Assembly (NCBI GenBank): GCA_963792585.1
Contig: CAWBWI010000005.1
Span: 32,001 to 96,000 of the forward strand
Direction: 5' to 3'
Origin: Candidatus Eiseniibacteriota bacterium
GTDB taxonomy: Bacteria > Eisenbacteria > RBG-16-71-46 > CAIMUX01 > VGJL01
DNA length: 64,000 nucleotides
The notes below the pieces were generated by a model, which worked only from the letters and a program-made list of their open reading frames with translations, was not told the origin of the DNA and did no database searches. The position numbers and the translations under genes were made by a program. Positions 28,516 to 38,302 of the stretch are shown here, piece by piece. Numbering within the stretch: the first letter of the stretch is position 1; each line of letters begins with the position of its first letter.

Positions 28516-30813
28516 TCAGCGAACCCGAGGACCCACTGCGAAGAGGAAGAGGAGGGCGGCGAGCGAGAGTCCCGCAAGCCGGCACGTGCGCCGCGTCTTG
28601 TCCTCGGTGCCGCGGATCTCGATCTTGTGCGGGCCCTTGGAAAGGTCGAGGAGGATCCCGCCAAGGGGTCCGGGACGCCAGGAGTAGATCTGGCCGTCCA
28701 CGCGAACCTCCGTGAGCGGATAGCTGTTGCGGGCGATCCGTATCGTCGCGGGGCCGACGTCGGGCAGGTCGATTTCCATTCGGTTCGGGAGGACCACCGC
28801 GCGCGCGCCCTCGACGAACTTCGGGTTCGCGGCGCGGATCCAGGCCATCTCTTCGGCCGCGAGTCTCCGTGACACATCGAGCGGCAGGCCGCGCCTCGGC
28901 GAGAACTCGCCCGCGGGTTCCGCGGGACCCTTCGGGAAATCGCCGGGCAGGATGGCTACCGGTGATGTGCCCTCCACGTGGAACGCGTTCAGCGTCGAAT
29001 CCACGGTGAAGCCGGCGCCGGCCGCCTTGCTGGGCAGGACGCGGCCACGCGGCGTCGTGATGAGCACGTACTCGACATTGTGGATCCCGAGCAGGCGCAC
29101 GACGTCATCCGGTACCGGCCGGTCGGAGGCTATCGCGTGGGCCACCGTGTCGATCATCGCCGACGCGAACAGGAACGGACGAGGCGCCCCCTGAGGAAAC
29201 GGTCCACCGACGCTCGGCACCGGACGATCCGGAGCGAAATACCAGTGGCTCGGCGCGGGGATGCCATCCCGGTCCGCCGGCAGCTCGAGAAACCGGCCGC
29301 TCACCATCCGGTTCTGCAATCCTTCGTAGATCCTCTCCTGCTCCGCGCGATGGCTCCCGTAGGTCGTGACCAGATTGATCACTGCCAGATCGACGAGGAT
29401 CAGGAGCATCGCGATCGGGTAGAGACCGCGTCGCACGAACTGGTTCGACGTCGTCTCGGGCGCCCTGCGGCCCACCCCGGCGGCGGCCATCATCGCGGGA
29501 ACGACGATCAGGTCGAGGCCCCGCTCTGCCGGCGTCGAGAGGCAGAAGGGAAGAAGCACGAAGATCGCGAGCGGGATGGGACCGATCCCCCGGCCTCCCT
29601 CACGTCGGTCCAGCGCGGCCCGAACGATCCCGCCGATCGCCAGGATGATCACCGTGATCCCGATGTAGCCTCTGCCCATGGGATTCCAGTGGGTCTCGTC
29701 GCCGATCCGGCGGAGGTCGGGAAAGCCGAACGTGAACCCCGTCAGGCTCCCCTGCCCGATCCCGATCACGTTCGCGGACTCGCGCCAGGCCGGTACGATG
29801 AATGCGGCGGCCAGTGCGGCCCCGCCGATGAGACCGATGAGCAGGCCCGCAACCGACGGGGCCCGAGAACCCCGGGTCGCGAGGGTCGGGATCGCTCTCA
29901 GCAGGAAGAAGACCGCCAGGAGGAGCAGAGCCGCCCGGGCTTCCGTTCCATACGCGAGGGCGATCGCGCCGGTCGCGAGCGCGAGCGCGCACCCGGCGCG
30001 GACGCCGCCGATCCCCGTTGCGATTCGCTCCACCGCCAGGCTGGCCCAGGGGACGATGGCAAGCAGCAGCACGGCCGGCAGGCGTCCATCCCAGATCCAA
30101 GCCGCGTGAATGGCCGGCGAGAGCGCGTAGAGAGTGCCGCCCAGGAGTCCGGCGCGCTGGTCCTTGTGGACGCGCGCGCAGAAGAGGGCGAACCCGACGG
30201 CTCCCGCGACGCGACAGATCCAGGCCAGCGCTTTCGCGGCCGTGAAGGGGCCGAATCGCAGGAATCCGAGCAGACCTTGGAGGATGTGCGCGAGGGGCGG
30301 GGACTGCTGATCTGCGGACGTGCCGCCGTACCAGAGGTCGGTCCACTTCGGAAAGGTTCCCGCGCGAAAGGAGTCGAACCAGAGCCAGCCTCGGACCACG
30401 TGGGTCTTCGTGTCCTCGAACGAGGGATCGCCACGGGAGAGGAGGGCCGCGCTCAGGACGCCGGATCCGATGAGGACGATGCCCGCGAGCGACTCGCTCC
30501 GCGACAGCAGGACGTCGCTCAGCGGACCGAATCCTCCCGCGCTACGGATCCAGACGACGGTCATCGCGAGGCCGATGGCGAGCAGCCCACCGGTGGCGAT
30601 CGCGGTCAGGAGAAGTCGCGGAGGCGGAGGCCAGACGTCCGAGAAGCCGGGCTGGCCGCCGGCCAGGATGACGGACGCGAAGCTGTCCCGCATGTAGGGC
30701 GCGATGTGCAGCGCGAGCAGGAGCCAGCCCGCGGAAAGGAACAGGATCGGCGCCAACCCGGCGACCGGATGCCCCAGTATCCGGACCGCCCGCGGGCGAG
30801 GAAGCGTCGCCAT
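28516..30813 (-). CDS. Large membrane protein, 'PTPS-related'/YfhO-like GT-C fold
   Basis: D...H...W...WYGG...PPL loop after early TM helices, many TMs, extracytoplasmic domain and a terminal TM. TAATG overlap with the dsbD stop. Confidence 0.62.
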   Translation of the reverse strand: MATLPRPRAVRILGHPVAGLAPILFLSAGWLLLALHIAPYMRDSFASVILAGGQPGFSDVWPPPPRLLLTAIATGGLLAIGLAMTVVWIRSAGGFGPLSDVLLSRSESLAGIVLIGSGVLSAALLSRGDPSFEDTKTHVVRGWLWFDSFRAGTFPKWTDLWYGGTSADQQSPPLAHILQGLLGFLRFGPFTAAKALAWICRVAGAVGFALFCARVHKDQRAGLLGGTLYALSPAIHAAWIWDGRLPAVLLLAIVPWASLAVERIATGIGGVRAGCALALATGAIALAYGTEARAALLLLAVFFLLRAIPTLATRGSRAPSVAGLLIGLIGGAALAAAFIVPAWRESANVIGIGQGSLTGFTFGFPDLRRIGDETHWNPMGRGYIGITVIILAIGGIVRAALDRREGGRGIGPIPLAIFVLLPFCLSTPAERGLDLIVVPAMMAAAGVGRRAPETTSNQFVRRGLYPIAMLLILVDLAVINLVTTYGSHRAEQERIYEGLQNRMVSGRFLELPADRDGIPAPSHWYFAPDRPVPSVGGPFPQGAPRPFLFASAMIDTVAHAIASDRPVPDDVVRLLGIHNVEYVLITTPRGRVLPSKAAGAGFTVDSTLNAFHVEGTSPVAILPGDFPKGPAEPAGEFSPRRGLPLDVSRRLAAEEMAWIRAANPKFVEGARAVVLPNRMEIDLPDVGPATIRIARNSYPLTEVRVDGQIYSWRPGPLGGILLDLSKGPHKIEIRGTEDKTRRTCRLAGLSLAALLFLFAVGPRVR

Positions 30814-32745
30814 TATCCTTGCGCCGCCCGCTGCAGCAGCGGGAGAACCTGATCCGGCGGGCGGAAGCCGAAGAACCGGTCCACCTCGTTTCCGCGCCGG
30901 TCGAGCACGATGACCGTCGGCAGGCCGCTCACCTTCCATCGAGACCGGATCGCCTCCGTCTCAGGGCTCTTTCGCGTCATGTCGAGACGAAGCGCCACGA
31001 ATCCGGCCAACGTGCCGGAGACGGCCGGGTCGCTCCAGGTCAACTTGTCCAGCTCGTGGCATGCACCGCACCACTCGGCCGTGAAGTCGATCAATACCGG
31101 ACGTCCGGCTTCCCGCGCGTCCGCGAGCGCCGCACTCTCGTCCGCCCGCCAGCCGACGGCCGACCCGGCAGATCGTTCCACCGCGGCGTTCCCCCCCGGC
31201 GACATGTTGCGCCAGCCGTAGTGGGACATCAGGCCATGGAGCATCGCGGCGACGCCGAGAACGGCGACCACGACCCCGATCCCCTTGCGCCAGTGCGCGC
31301 CCTTCCCCGCGTCCGCCGTCAGCGACGTGAACGCCCCGATGTGGGTCGCGAAGAGGATGTAGAGAATTCCCGCCGCGATCATGGTTCCGTTCGGACCGAT
31401 CACGGTGCGCAGGTAGAAGACCGCCAGGCCGAGGAAGATCCAGCCGAAGTAGTGCTTGACCGTGTCCATCCAGGCGCCCGCCCGCGGCAGAGACTTCAGC
31501 GCGCCGACGAAGCTCCCGAGGACCATGAAGAGAACGCCGAGGCCGACCGCGAAGACGAAGAGAAGGGAGAAGCCATAGAGCGGACGTCCGACCTGCGCGA
31601 CCCAAGTCAGCAGGACGACCAGGACCGGCCCGACGCACGGCGAGGCGACGAGCCCCGTGATCCCGCCCATCATCACCGCGCCGATCCAACCGCCGCGCCG
31701 CCTCGACTGCAGCTTCGTCTGGAAGCCGGAGGGAAGGGTCAGGTTGAACGCGCCGAGCATCGATGCGCCCATGGCCAGGAAGACCGCCGCGATCACGAGC
31801 AGCGACAGGCGTGCTCTGCAAGGCGCTTCCGAAAATCCCGCCGGAGAGCGCCGCGACCAGTCCCGAGCGTGGAGTAGACGATCGCGATCCCGAGAACGAA
31901 GAAGAGCGAGATGATGAAGCCGGAAAGCGCGGCCGCGGCTCGCGCCCGTGATGAAGCCGATCGTGATCGGGATCATCGGATAGACGCAGGGTGTGAAGGA
32001 GGTCAGGAAACCGGCGATGAAGACGATCAGGAAGGCGATCCAGGACCCGCTTCGCGAGCGCGTTGCGAAGCTTCTGCGCGAGCCCTTCCTGCAGACTCAC
32101 CTTCGGCGCGGTTCCCGGCTTGGAGATCCCGGGCGCCGCGTCGTCCGCCTGCGGCATCCAGTCGGCCGGCGGTGCAATCACGGCCTGACTCTGCCCGACC
32201 TGGGGCTGCTCGACGTTCGCCGATTCGGGCGGGGGCGCCTTGCCGAAGATCTCCGCGTGGAGCGATTTCGTGGGGGCGCCGTTTGCTACGACGACGACCG
32301 GAACGAGGAGCTCGGCATCCTCAGGCGCATAGCAGGCGTAGATCGGCCGCTCGGAGCAGGCCTGATACCCGGCGCGCAGCTTCAAGGATCGTTCGCCGAG
32401 CACGGTCCCCGCCAAGAGCTCGAGATCGTAGATGACGATCACCTTCCCCTTGAGGACGGGATCACCATCCCAGAGGACGGACTCCGGGAGCTGCTGGGGT
32501 CCGAGACGAAACGGTTCGCCCTCCACCGGTTCGGCGAAGAGCAGCTCGTTGACCTGGATGTGATAGTCCGGGGGGAGGTCGTACTCGACGGCCATGTGCA
32601 TGTGACCGCCCGGGCTGATGCCGTCCTGGCTCACCAGCACGCGGATCGGGACTTCGGGGGCCTCCCCGTCTCCCTGGGCGGAGACCAAGGTTGCGGAACC
32701 GACCAGAAGCCCGAAGATCGCCACCACCCTGAGGAATGCCCGCAT
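30813..32745 (-). CDS. dsbD: Thiol:disulfide interchange protein DsbD, about four frameshifts between 31800 and 32050
   Basis: N-domain YQAC......CY; TM Cys motifs TPCVYPMIP and SPCVGP; C-terminal thioredoxin FTAEWCGAC. Frames rejoin by single-base removals near 32046, 31929, 31863 and 31804. Confidence 0.88.
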
Positions 32746-32828
32746 CCATGACCTCCCTTGGTTCCCACCCTACCCGCGGTCGCCCGTTGCATACTAGGGA
32801 TCCGGGGGTGGGACCGTAAACCCGAGTC

Positions 32829-33995
32829 TCAGCTCCCGGTTCGCTCCCCTACCGCTCCCCAGAGGGCATCGATGCCGATCGGTGCGTGGTCCGAAGCCAT
32901 GGATCCATCAGGACCTACGCCCCCAAGGGTCCATATACTGCCCGGCTTCCATCCGCCCCGGACCCCGATCCAGTCGAGTCGCATCCGTAGGATCCTTCGG
33001 TCGAGGCTGTGATGATGGGTAAGCCGGCGGGCGAGCGGGGCCGGAAGACGCCCCAGTTCCTCGACCCCGGACAGCACCTGCCGGGCCGTCGCGACGGCCT
33101 CATTCCAATCGGTCAACCGGAAACCCGCCCGCTCGACGCGCCCAAGGAGCGGTTCGCGATCGCGGGGATCGACCAGCGAGGCGTCGAGGACGCCGGCGGG
33201 CGTGCGCACGATCCGAAGGAACTCCTGCGCCTGGCGCAGCCGTCCCCCCCGGCGAAAGGTGTGCGTGTTCCAGTCCCCGGCGAAGAAGCCTTCCAGATCG
33301 GGTAGGCCGGCCAGGGCCGCAGCGATCTGGCGCTCCCGGCAACGCGGCGTGTTCCGCACCTCGGTGTGCGCGGTCGCCGCGAGAAACGCTCCGCGCGGAT
33401 GATCGACCCTCGCCCAGAGCACGCGCCGGCAGCCGTAGCGTTTCTCCTCCGGGAATCGAAAGTAGTCCCAGCACTCGGGGAGCGGCGCCGCCCCGACCTC
33501 CTGAAACGGCCATCGCGAGAGAATCGCGAGCCCGTGCAGTCCCACGCGATTCGCGCCCGGCGCGGCCCGGTCGGTTCCGGGCCCTTTGGTCATCTCGAGA
33601 TAGTTCGCAACGAAGACGGCGTGGAGTCCGAGGCGGGCCGCGAGTTCTCGCGCCACGTCTCGATTCCCCGATCGAGCCATGCCGATGTCGACCTCGTTGA
33701 GGCTCCAGACGTCCGCATCGCGTAACCTCGGCTCGGCGTCGATCGCGCTCAAGAGCCTGTCCCACGCCCTGCCCTGCTGGATGTTCCAGTGGACGAGTCG
33801 GATCCCGCCTCCGGAACTCGGCGCGGTGGAACCCCGCGGCGAGCCGACCCGGGGCTTGGCCAGCCAGTTCTCGAGAACCTCCCCATGTTCCCGATAGAAA
33901 CCGGAGCGCCGGAATGCGGCGGGAGTCATCGCGCGCAGTCCTTCGCGGACTGCTACGTCCAGAGGGAACGGCGGCAGGTCGATCTCAGCGGACAT
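32829..33995 (-). CDS. Endonuclease/exonuclease/phosphatase family protein
   Basis: VHWNI, LNEVDIGMARSGN, GLAILSRWP, AGDWNT, RLDWI and SDHAPI. Confidence 0.88.
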   Translation of the reverse strand: MSAEIDLPPFPLDVAVREGLRAMTPAAFRRSGFYREHGEVLENWLAKPRVGSPRGSTAPSSGGGIRLVHWNIQQGRAWDRLLSAIDAEPRLRDADVWSLNEVDIGMARSGNRDVARELAARLGLHAVFVANYLEMTKGPGTDRAAPGANRVGLHGLAILSRWPFQEVGAAPLPECWDYFRFPEEKRYGCRRVLWARVDHPRGAFLAATAHTEVRNTPRCRERQIAAALAGLPDLEGFFAGDWNTHTFRRGGRLRQAQEFLRIVRTPAGVLDASLVDPRDREPLLGRVERAGFRLTDWNEAVATARQVLSGVEELGRLPAPLARRLTHHHSLDRRILRMRLDWIGVRGGWKPGSIWTLGGVGPDGSMASDHAPIGIDALWGAVGERTGS

Positions 33996-34359
33996 CCGAA
34001 GCGCCGCCGTTGACGTGGGGCAACGGTCCGTCGTCCAGCAGCACCGGCGCCCGGCGATCCCCGAGATCGAAGTCGGCTTCCAGCTGCCCCGAGATGCGCA
34101 GGCTGATTCCGAGGGCCGGCGCGGGGCGTCTCGAGAGGACGAGCAGGCGCGCCCCCTCGCTCTCGAGTTCGAAGCCTCGCGAACCGACCTGGGGCAGGGA
34201 ACCCGCCCATACCACATTGCCCCGAACGGTGATGGCACGACCCTGATACCTGGCGGGAGCCCGGGCAACGCGGTCGACCGGCGTGGAGCCCCACCCACAG
34301 CCTGCGATGAAGAGCGCGATCGCGAACGGCATGCTTCTCGACGTGAGGGTCCTTCTCAA
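33985..34359 (-). CDS. Small putative lipoprotein, OB-fold-like
   Basis: Lipobox IAGC followed by PARYQGRAITVRGNV...LRISGQL. TTG 34359 overlaps the upstream stop (alternative ATG at 34332). Confidence 0.62.
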   Translation of the reverse strand: MRRTLTSRSMPFAIALFIAGCGWGSTPVDRVARAPARYQGRAITVRGNVVWAGSLPQVGSRGFELESEGARLLVLSRRPAPALGISLRISGQLEADFDLGDRRAPVLLDDGPLPHVNGGASDVR

Positions 34360-35486
34360 AGCGCGCCCTCGATCCGCCGGCGCTCGAGGCTGATCGCGGT
34401 CACCGACGCGGTGGTCGGGGCCAGCAGCTGGATTACGCGGCTGCGGCCGACCGACGCGCTCGCTTCCCCAAAGCTCCCGTCCGCATTCTGACGTTCGACG
34501 AGGCGTCGCATCCCCTCTCGATAGCCGTAGGTCTCCGTCATTCCTGCGGCGGCCATGCAGCTGATCAGGTCCGCGGCGCTTTCCCCGCGGTGGAGGACGG
34601 TCATGGCCATCGCGAGGTGCGGAAGAACACGGTGGAGCCACGTCCGCTCGTCCATGGTGAGACCCGTGAGCGGTTGGCGTCCGCCGTCGCACGCGGCGAA
34701 GAGCTCCGCGACCAGGCCCGAGATCGCGGCGTTTCCCATGGTGATCTCGCGGGGCCGCGCGGCGAGGACCCCCGCACTCCGGAAGTCGGAGGGAGCGGTT
34801 CGCGGCGGCACGCCGGCCCGTTCCCCCGCGGCGGCATAGAGAGCCGCCATGGAGGGCGGGAGCCGGTCGAACTCGCGGTCCAGGAGGGGTCTGCACGCTT
34901 CGACCGCCTGGACCAGTGGACCGGGGTCGACACCGTGTTCGCGGCATCGGGCCGCCAGCAGCAGGCATTCCAGGAGTCCGGCCGCGGACCCTTGCTGTCC
35001 AAGCCGGCCTCGAAGCCTCTCGGGATCGGATACGCGTTGCAGGCGACTGCGGACCTCCGTTTCGAGACGGGACTTCTCCGCGCCCGGCGTCTCCGCGGCC
35101 GCAAGGCGGTCCCAGCATTCGACCTCGAGGGCGTGGAGCCGGAGCGAGTCGGTCCCGCTTCCGCCGAAGGGATCGACGCGAACCCTCGAGAGCCAGTCAC
35201 GAGCGCGTGCGCACGCGCTCCGGAGAATCGCGGCGGAGGGGGGCGGCGTCGCATCCTCGATCGAGGCGCCCGAGGTCACCAGTCCCGTCTCGTCGATCGG
35301 CATCGAACCAGGGGTGACGAAGCGGGGGGACGCCGCGGGAGGAGTGGCTCGTTGCACGGCAGCCGGCGGCCGCGGCCGTCCCCGCAGCTGCTTCCAGACC
35401 AGGAAACCGGCGAGGGGAACCACGATCGCGAGCAACCCGACGAGGAATCCGACCCACGGGGGCCGTTTGCGCTGGAGACCTGGCAT
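34356..35486 (-). CDS. Hypothetical membrane-anchored protein with QW-like (prenyltransferase/squalene-cyclase) repeat
   Basis: N-terminal TM, Pro-rich linker, helical domain, and LVERQNADGSFG near the C-terminus. Confidence 0.65.
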   Translation of the reverse strand: MPGLQRKRPPWVGFLVGLLAIVVPLAGFLVWKQLRGRPRPPAAVQRATPPAASPRFVTPGSMPIDETGLVTSGASIEDATPPPSAAILRSACARARDWLSRVRVDPFGGSGTDSLRLHALEVECWDRLAAAETPGAEKSRLETEVRSRLQRVSDPERLRGRLGQQGSAAGLLECLLLAARCREHGVDPGPLVQAVEACRPLLDREFDRLPPSMAALYAAAGERAGVPPRTAPSDFRSAGVLAARPREITMGNAAISGLVAELFAACDGGRQPLTGLTMDERTWLHRVLPHLAMAMTVLHRGESAADLISCMAAAGMTETYGYREGMRRLVERQNADGSFGEASASVGRSRVIQLLAPTTASVTAISLERRRIEGAL

Positions 35487-35648
35487 CGTCTTTGGACGCT
35501 AGCCGCCGCCGAGGGGTGGGTCAACCCGATCCCGGCGCGCCTCGATCCCGGCCTTGCGGCCGGGGTCGCTTTCGAGGACGATCGCCTGCAATCGTCCCGG
35601 CGCGGGCGGCGCGGATCCCCGCGCACGCGCGAGGCGGGAACGGAGGTC

Positions 35649-36206
35649 ATGATGGGCGCGTTCGTCATCTTCTTGATCCTGATCGGGGTGGTCGCCTTTG
35701 TCCTGATCGGGCTCTACAACTCCCTCGTGCGCCTGCGCCAGCAGGTTCGGAACGCATGGAGCCAGATCGACGTGCAACTCAAGCGGCGCTACGACCTGAT
35801 CCCCAATCTGGTCGAAACGGTCAAGGGATACGCGGCCCACGAGAAGTCGACCTTCGAGCGCGTGGTCGAGGCCCGCAATGCCGCCATCGCGACGACCGGG
35901 GTGGCCGCGCAGGGGCAGGCGGAGTCGGCCTTGAGCAGCGCGCTGCGGCAGGTCTTCGCACTGGCCGAGTCGTACCCGGAACTCAAGGCGAACCAGAACT
36001 TCCTCTCGCTGCAGGAGGAGCTTTCGAGCACCGAGAACCGGATCTCCTTCGCGCGCCAGCACTACAACGACGTGGTGGCCTCGTACAACACGAGTCGTCT
36101 GAGCTTCCCGGCGAATCTCTTCGCCGGAGCATTCGGGTTCGGAGCCGAGGAGTTCTTCGAGCTCACAACTCCCGAGGAGCGGACCGCGCCGCAGGTCAAG
36201 TTCTAG
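35649..36206 (+). CDS. lemA: LemA family protein
   Basis: AWSQIDVQLKRRYDLIPNLVETVKGYA and AESYPELKANQNFL.LQEEL..TENRI. Confidence 0.95.
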   Translation: MMGAFVIFLILIGVVAFVLIGLYNSLVRLRQQVRNAWSQIDVQLKRRYDLIPNLVETVKGYAAHEKSTFERVVEARNAAIATTGVAAQGQAESALSSALRQVFALAESYPELKANQNFLSLQEELSSTENRISFARQHYNDVVASYNTSRLSFPANLFAGAFGFGAEEFFELTTPEERTAPQVKF

Positions 36207-36222
36207 CCCTCCGGCGCGCGCG

Positions 36223-37197
36223 ATGTCCGGATCCTTCCACGATCAGATCGCCGCGAACCGGAGAGACTCGGGTTGGCTCGTAGCCGCCTTCATCCTCCTG
36301 GTCGGACTCGTCGTGTTCCTCTTCGGTGTGGCCCTCGGCGGCGGCTCGGCTCGCGCAGGTCTCGGCGCCGCCGTGATCGGCCTCGTCATCGCGGCGATCG
36401 TCGCGATATGGGGAACGTACGCCGGCTCTTCCACGATCCTGGCGCTGAGCCGCGCGCGGAAGATCTCCAAGGTCGACGACCCGCAGCTCTGGAACGTGGT
36501 CGAAGAGCTTTCGATCGCCGCGGGCGTGCCCGTGCCCGCGATCTACACGATCGACGACTCGGCACAGAACGCCTTCGCAACGGGCCGGGACCCGGCTCAC
36601 GCGTCGGTTGCGATCACTACCGGCCTGCGGTCGCGCCTCACGCGCGACGAGTTGCAGGGGGTGCTCGCTCACGAGCTTTCCCACGTCCGCAATCTCGATG
36701 TCCGCTTCACCATGCTGCTCGCCGTGCTCGTCGGGCTCCTCGTTCTCCTCTGTGATTTCTTCCGGCGGTCGCTCTGGTGGGGGCGGGTCGGGCGCCGGCG
36801 CAGCTCGGGATCCTCGGGACCATGGGCGCTCGTGGCCATCGTTCTGGCGCTGCTGCTGAGCATCGTCGCGCCGCTGCTGGCCAAGCTGATCCAGTTGGCC
36901 GCGAGCCGGCAGCGCGAATACCTCGCGGACGCGTCGTCCGTGGAGCTGACCCGCAACCCCAACGGTCTCGCCGATGCGCTCGAGAAGATCGGGGGCGACA
37001 CGGAGGTCCTCGAGGCGGCCAACAGGGCGACGCAGCACCTTTACATCGTCAACCCGATCCACCCCTTCGAGGAGAGGGCGCGGGGGCTCTTCTCGACCCA
37101 TCCCCCGATCCAGGAGCGGATCCGCCGGCTGCGTGAGCTTGCGGGCGCGCCGGGAACCGACGTCGAAGCGACGCCATCGGGTCGAAACCGAGATTGA
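36223..37197 (+). CDS. htpX: HtpX-like M48 membrane metalloprotease
   Basis: NAFATG, GVLAHELSH, SRQREYLAD and STHPP; follows lemA. Confidence 0.92.
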   Translation: MSGSFHDQIAANRRDSGWLVAAFILLVGLVVFLFGVALGGGSARAGLGAAVIGLVIAAIVAIWGTYAGSSTILALSRARKISKVDDPQLWNVVEELSIAAGVPVPAIYTIDDSAQNAFATGRDPAHASVAITTGLRSRLTRDELQGVLAHELSHVRNLDVRFTMLLAVLVGLLVLLCDFFRRSLWWGRVGRRRSSGSSGPWALVAIVLALLLSIVAPLLAKLIQLAASRQREYLADASSVELTRNPNGLADALEKIGGDTEVLEAANRATQHLYIVNPIHPFEERARGLFSTHPPIQERIRRLRELAGAPGTDVEATPSGRNRD

Positions 37198-37227
37198 ACG
37201 GGAAGGTTCTTGCCCGGATCCACCCCG

Positions 37228-38097
37228 TCAGCGCGCGCGGCGCGCGACCTCCACGAGGACGGCGGCCACGATTCCGGCAAGCAGGCAGGTGAGAACGACC
37301 GGCACCCGCAATACACGCGCGAATTTCGGTTCATCCAGTCCGGTCCCCGGAAGGAACCAGACAGCGACGCGCACGCGCTCCTGGAAGAGAGCGGTTTCAA
37401 GTTCCGCACGCGTTCCGGGATTCTTCTCCCCCAGAGCCGGATCCCCGATGCTCCAGATCGTCTCGTCGCCTGCGGTGACGAGATACCCGAATCGACCCTG
37501 GTAGAATGGGATCGTCAGGATTTGCGAGAGTTGCTCCGCGTTGCACTCAGCGTAGAGGACACCCCCGGCGGGCATGTTCGAGATGCGTATCGGCCTCATA
37601 ATTCCGATGATCGGTTGGTTCGAGGATGGGTCGCGACCGACGAGAATCCGGGTGGGGAAGGTTTCGTCAGGAGCGCCCTCCAGACTCCGGAGCGCCGCAT
37701 CGACCATGGGAGGGCCGCCGGGCAGGATCGCCTTGCGGCCCGCCGGATGACTCCACGCCTGCCCGCTTGCGGTGCCATGCCAATAGAATCCCGAGTACTC
37801 CCCGTGGCTTTCGGCGATCGTGTGCGTGAAGTGCAGAAAGTCGGCCTCCGAGTGAACCGACCCATTTGCGCAGAGAGTGGCGAGATATTCCGCCTCCGCT
37901 CCCCGCTCCTCGAAGTAGATCTGCATGGTGTGGGCGGCGCCGTTCGCGGCCGCGAGAGCCTCCTGTCGGGCCGCCTCCTGAAACTCCGCCCGCATGTCCC
38001 GAAACACGTGCCGGACGAGCCCCAGCGAAATCAGGGTCACGAGCAGCCCGGCGAGGGGCGCGCCGAGCCGACCGAATGCCGATCGACGAGCGTTCAT
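37228..38097 (-). CDS. Two-TM protein with Cache-like extracytoplasmic domain and no cytoplasmic output domain
   Basis: TM, ~220-aa loop (...PIIGIMRPI...GGVLYAE...GYLVT..GD), TM, then stop after VARRAR. GAGG RBS precedes ATG 38097. Confidence 0.6.
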   Translation of the reverse strand: MNARRSAFGRLGAPLAGLLVTLISLGLVRHVFRDMRAEFQEAARQEALAAANGAAHTMQIYFEERGAEAEYLATLCANGSVHSEADFLHFTHTIAESHGEYSGFYWHGTASGQAWSHPAGRKAILPGGPPMVDAALRSLEGAPDETFPTRILVGRDPSSNQPIIGIMRPIRISNMPAGGVLYAECNAEQLSQILTIPFYQGRFGYLVTAGDETIWSIGDPALGEKNPGTRAELETALFQERVRVAVWFLPGTGLDEPKFARVLRVPVVLTCLLAGIVAAVLVEVARRAR

Positions 38098-38302
38098 GGT
38101 CACCTCGGAGCCGGCCGAAGACTGCGGCCAACCCATCAGTGGCTTACGGCGTTCCCAACACGGCCGCAATAGAAAACCGGGCCGGAGCGTGGGATTCCGC
38201 GCCCGGTGGGTCGCCGACTCCTACCGGGGGGCCTTCCGCTCGAGCCGCGATCGCGCGCTCGCGGGGGGATCGCCGGAGGCGATCTGTTACGATCGGCCTC
38301 GA

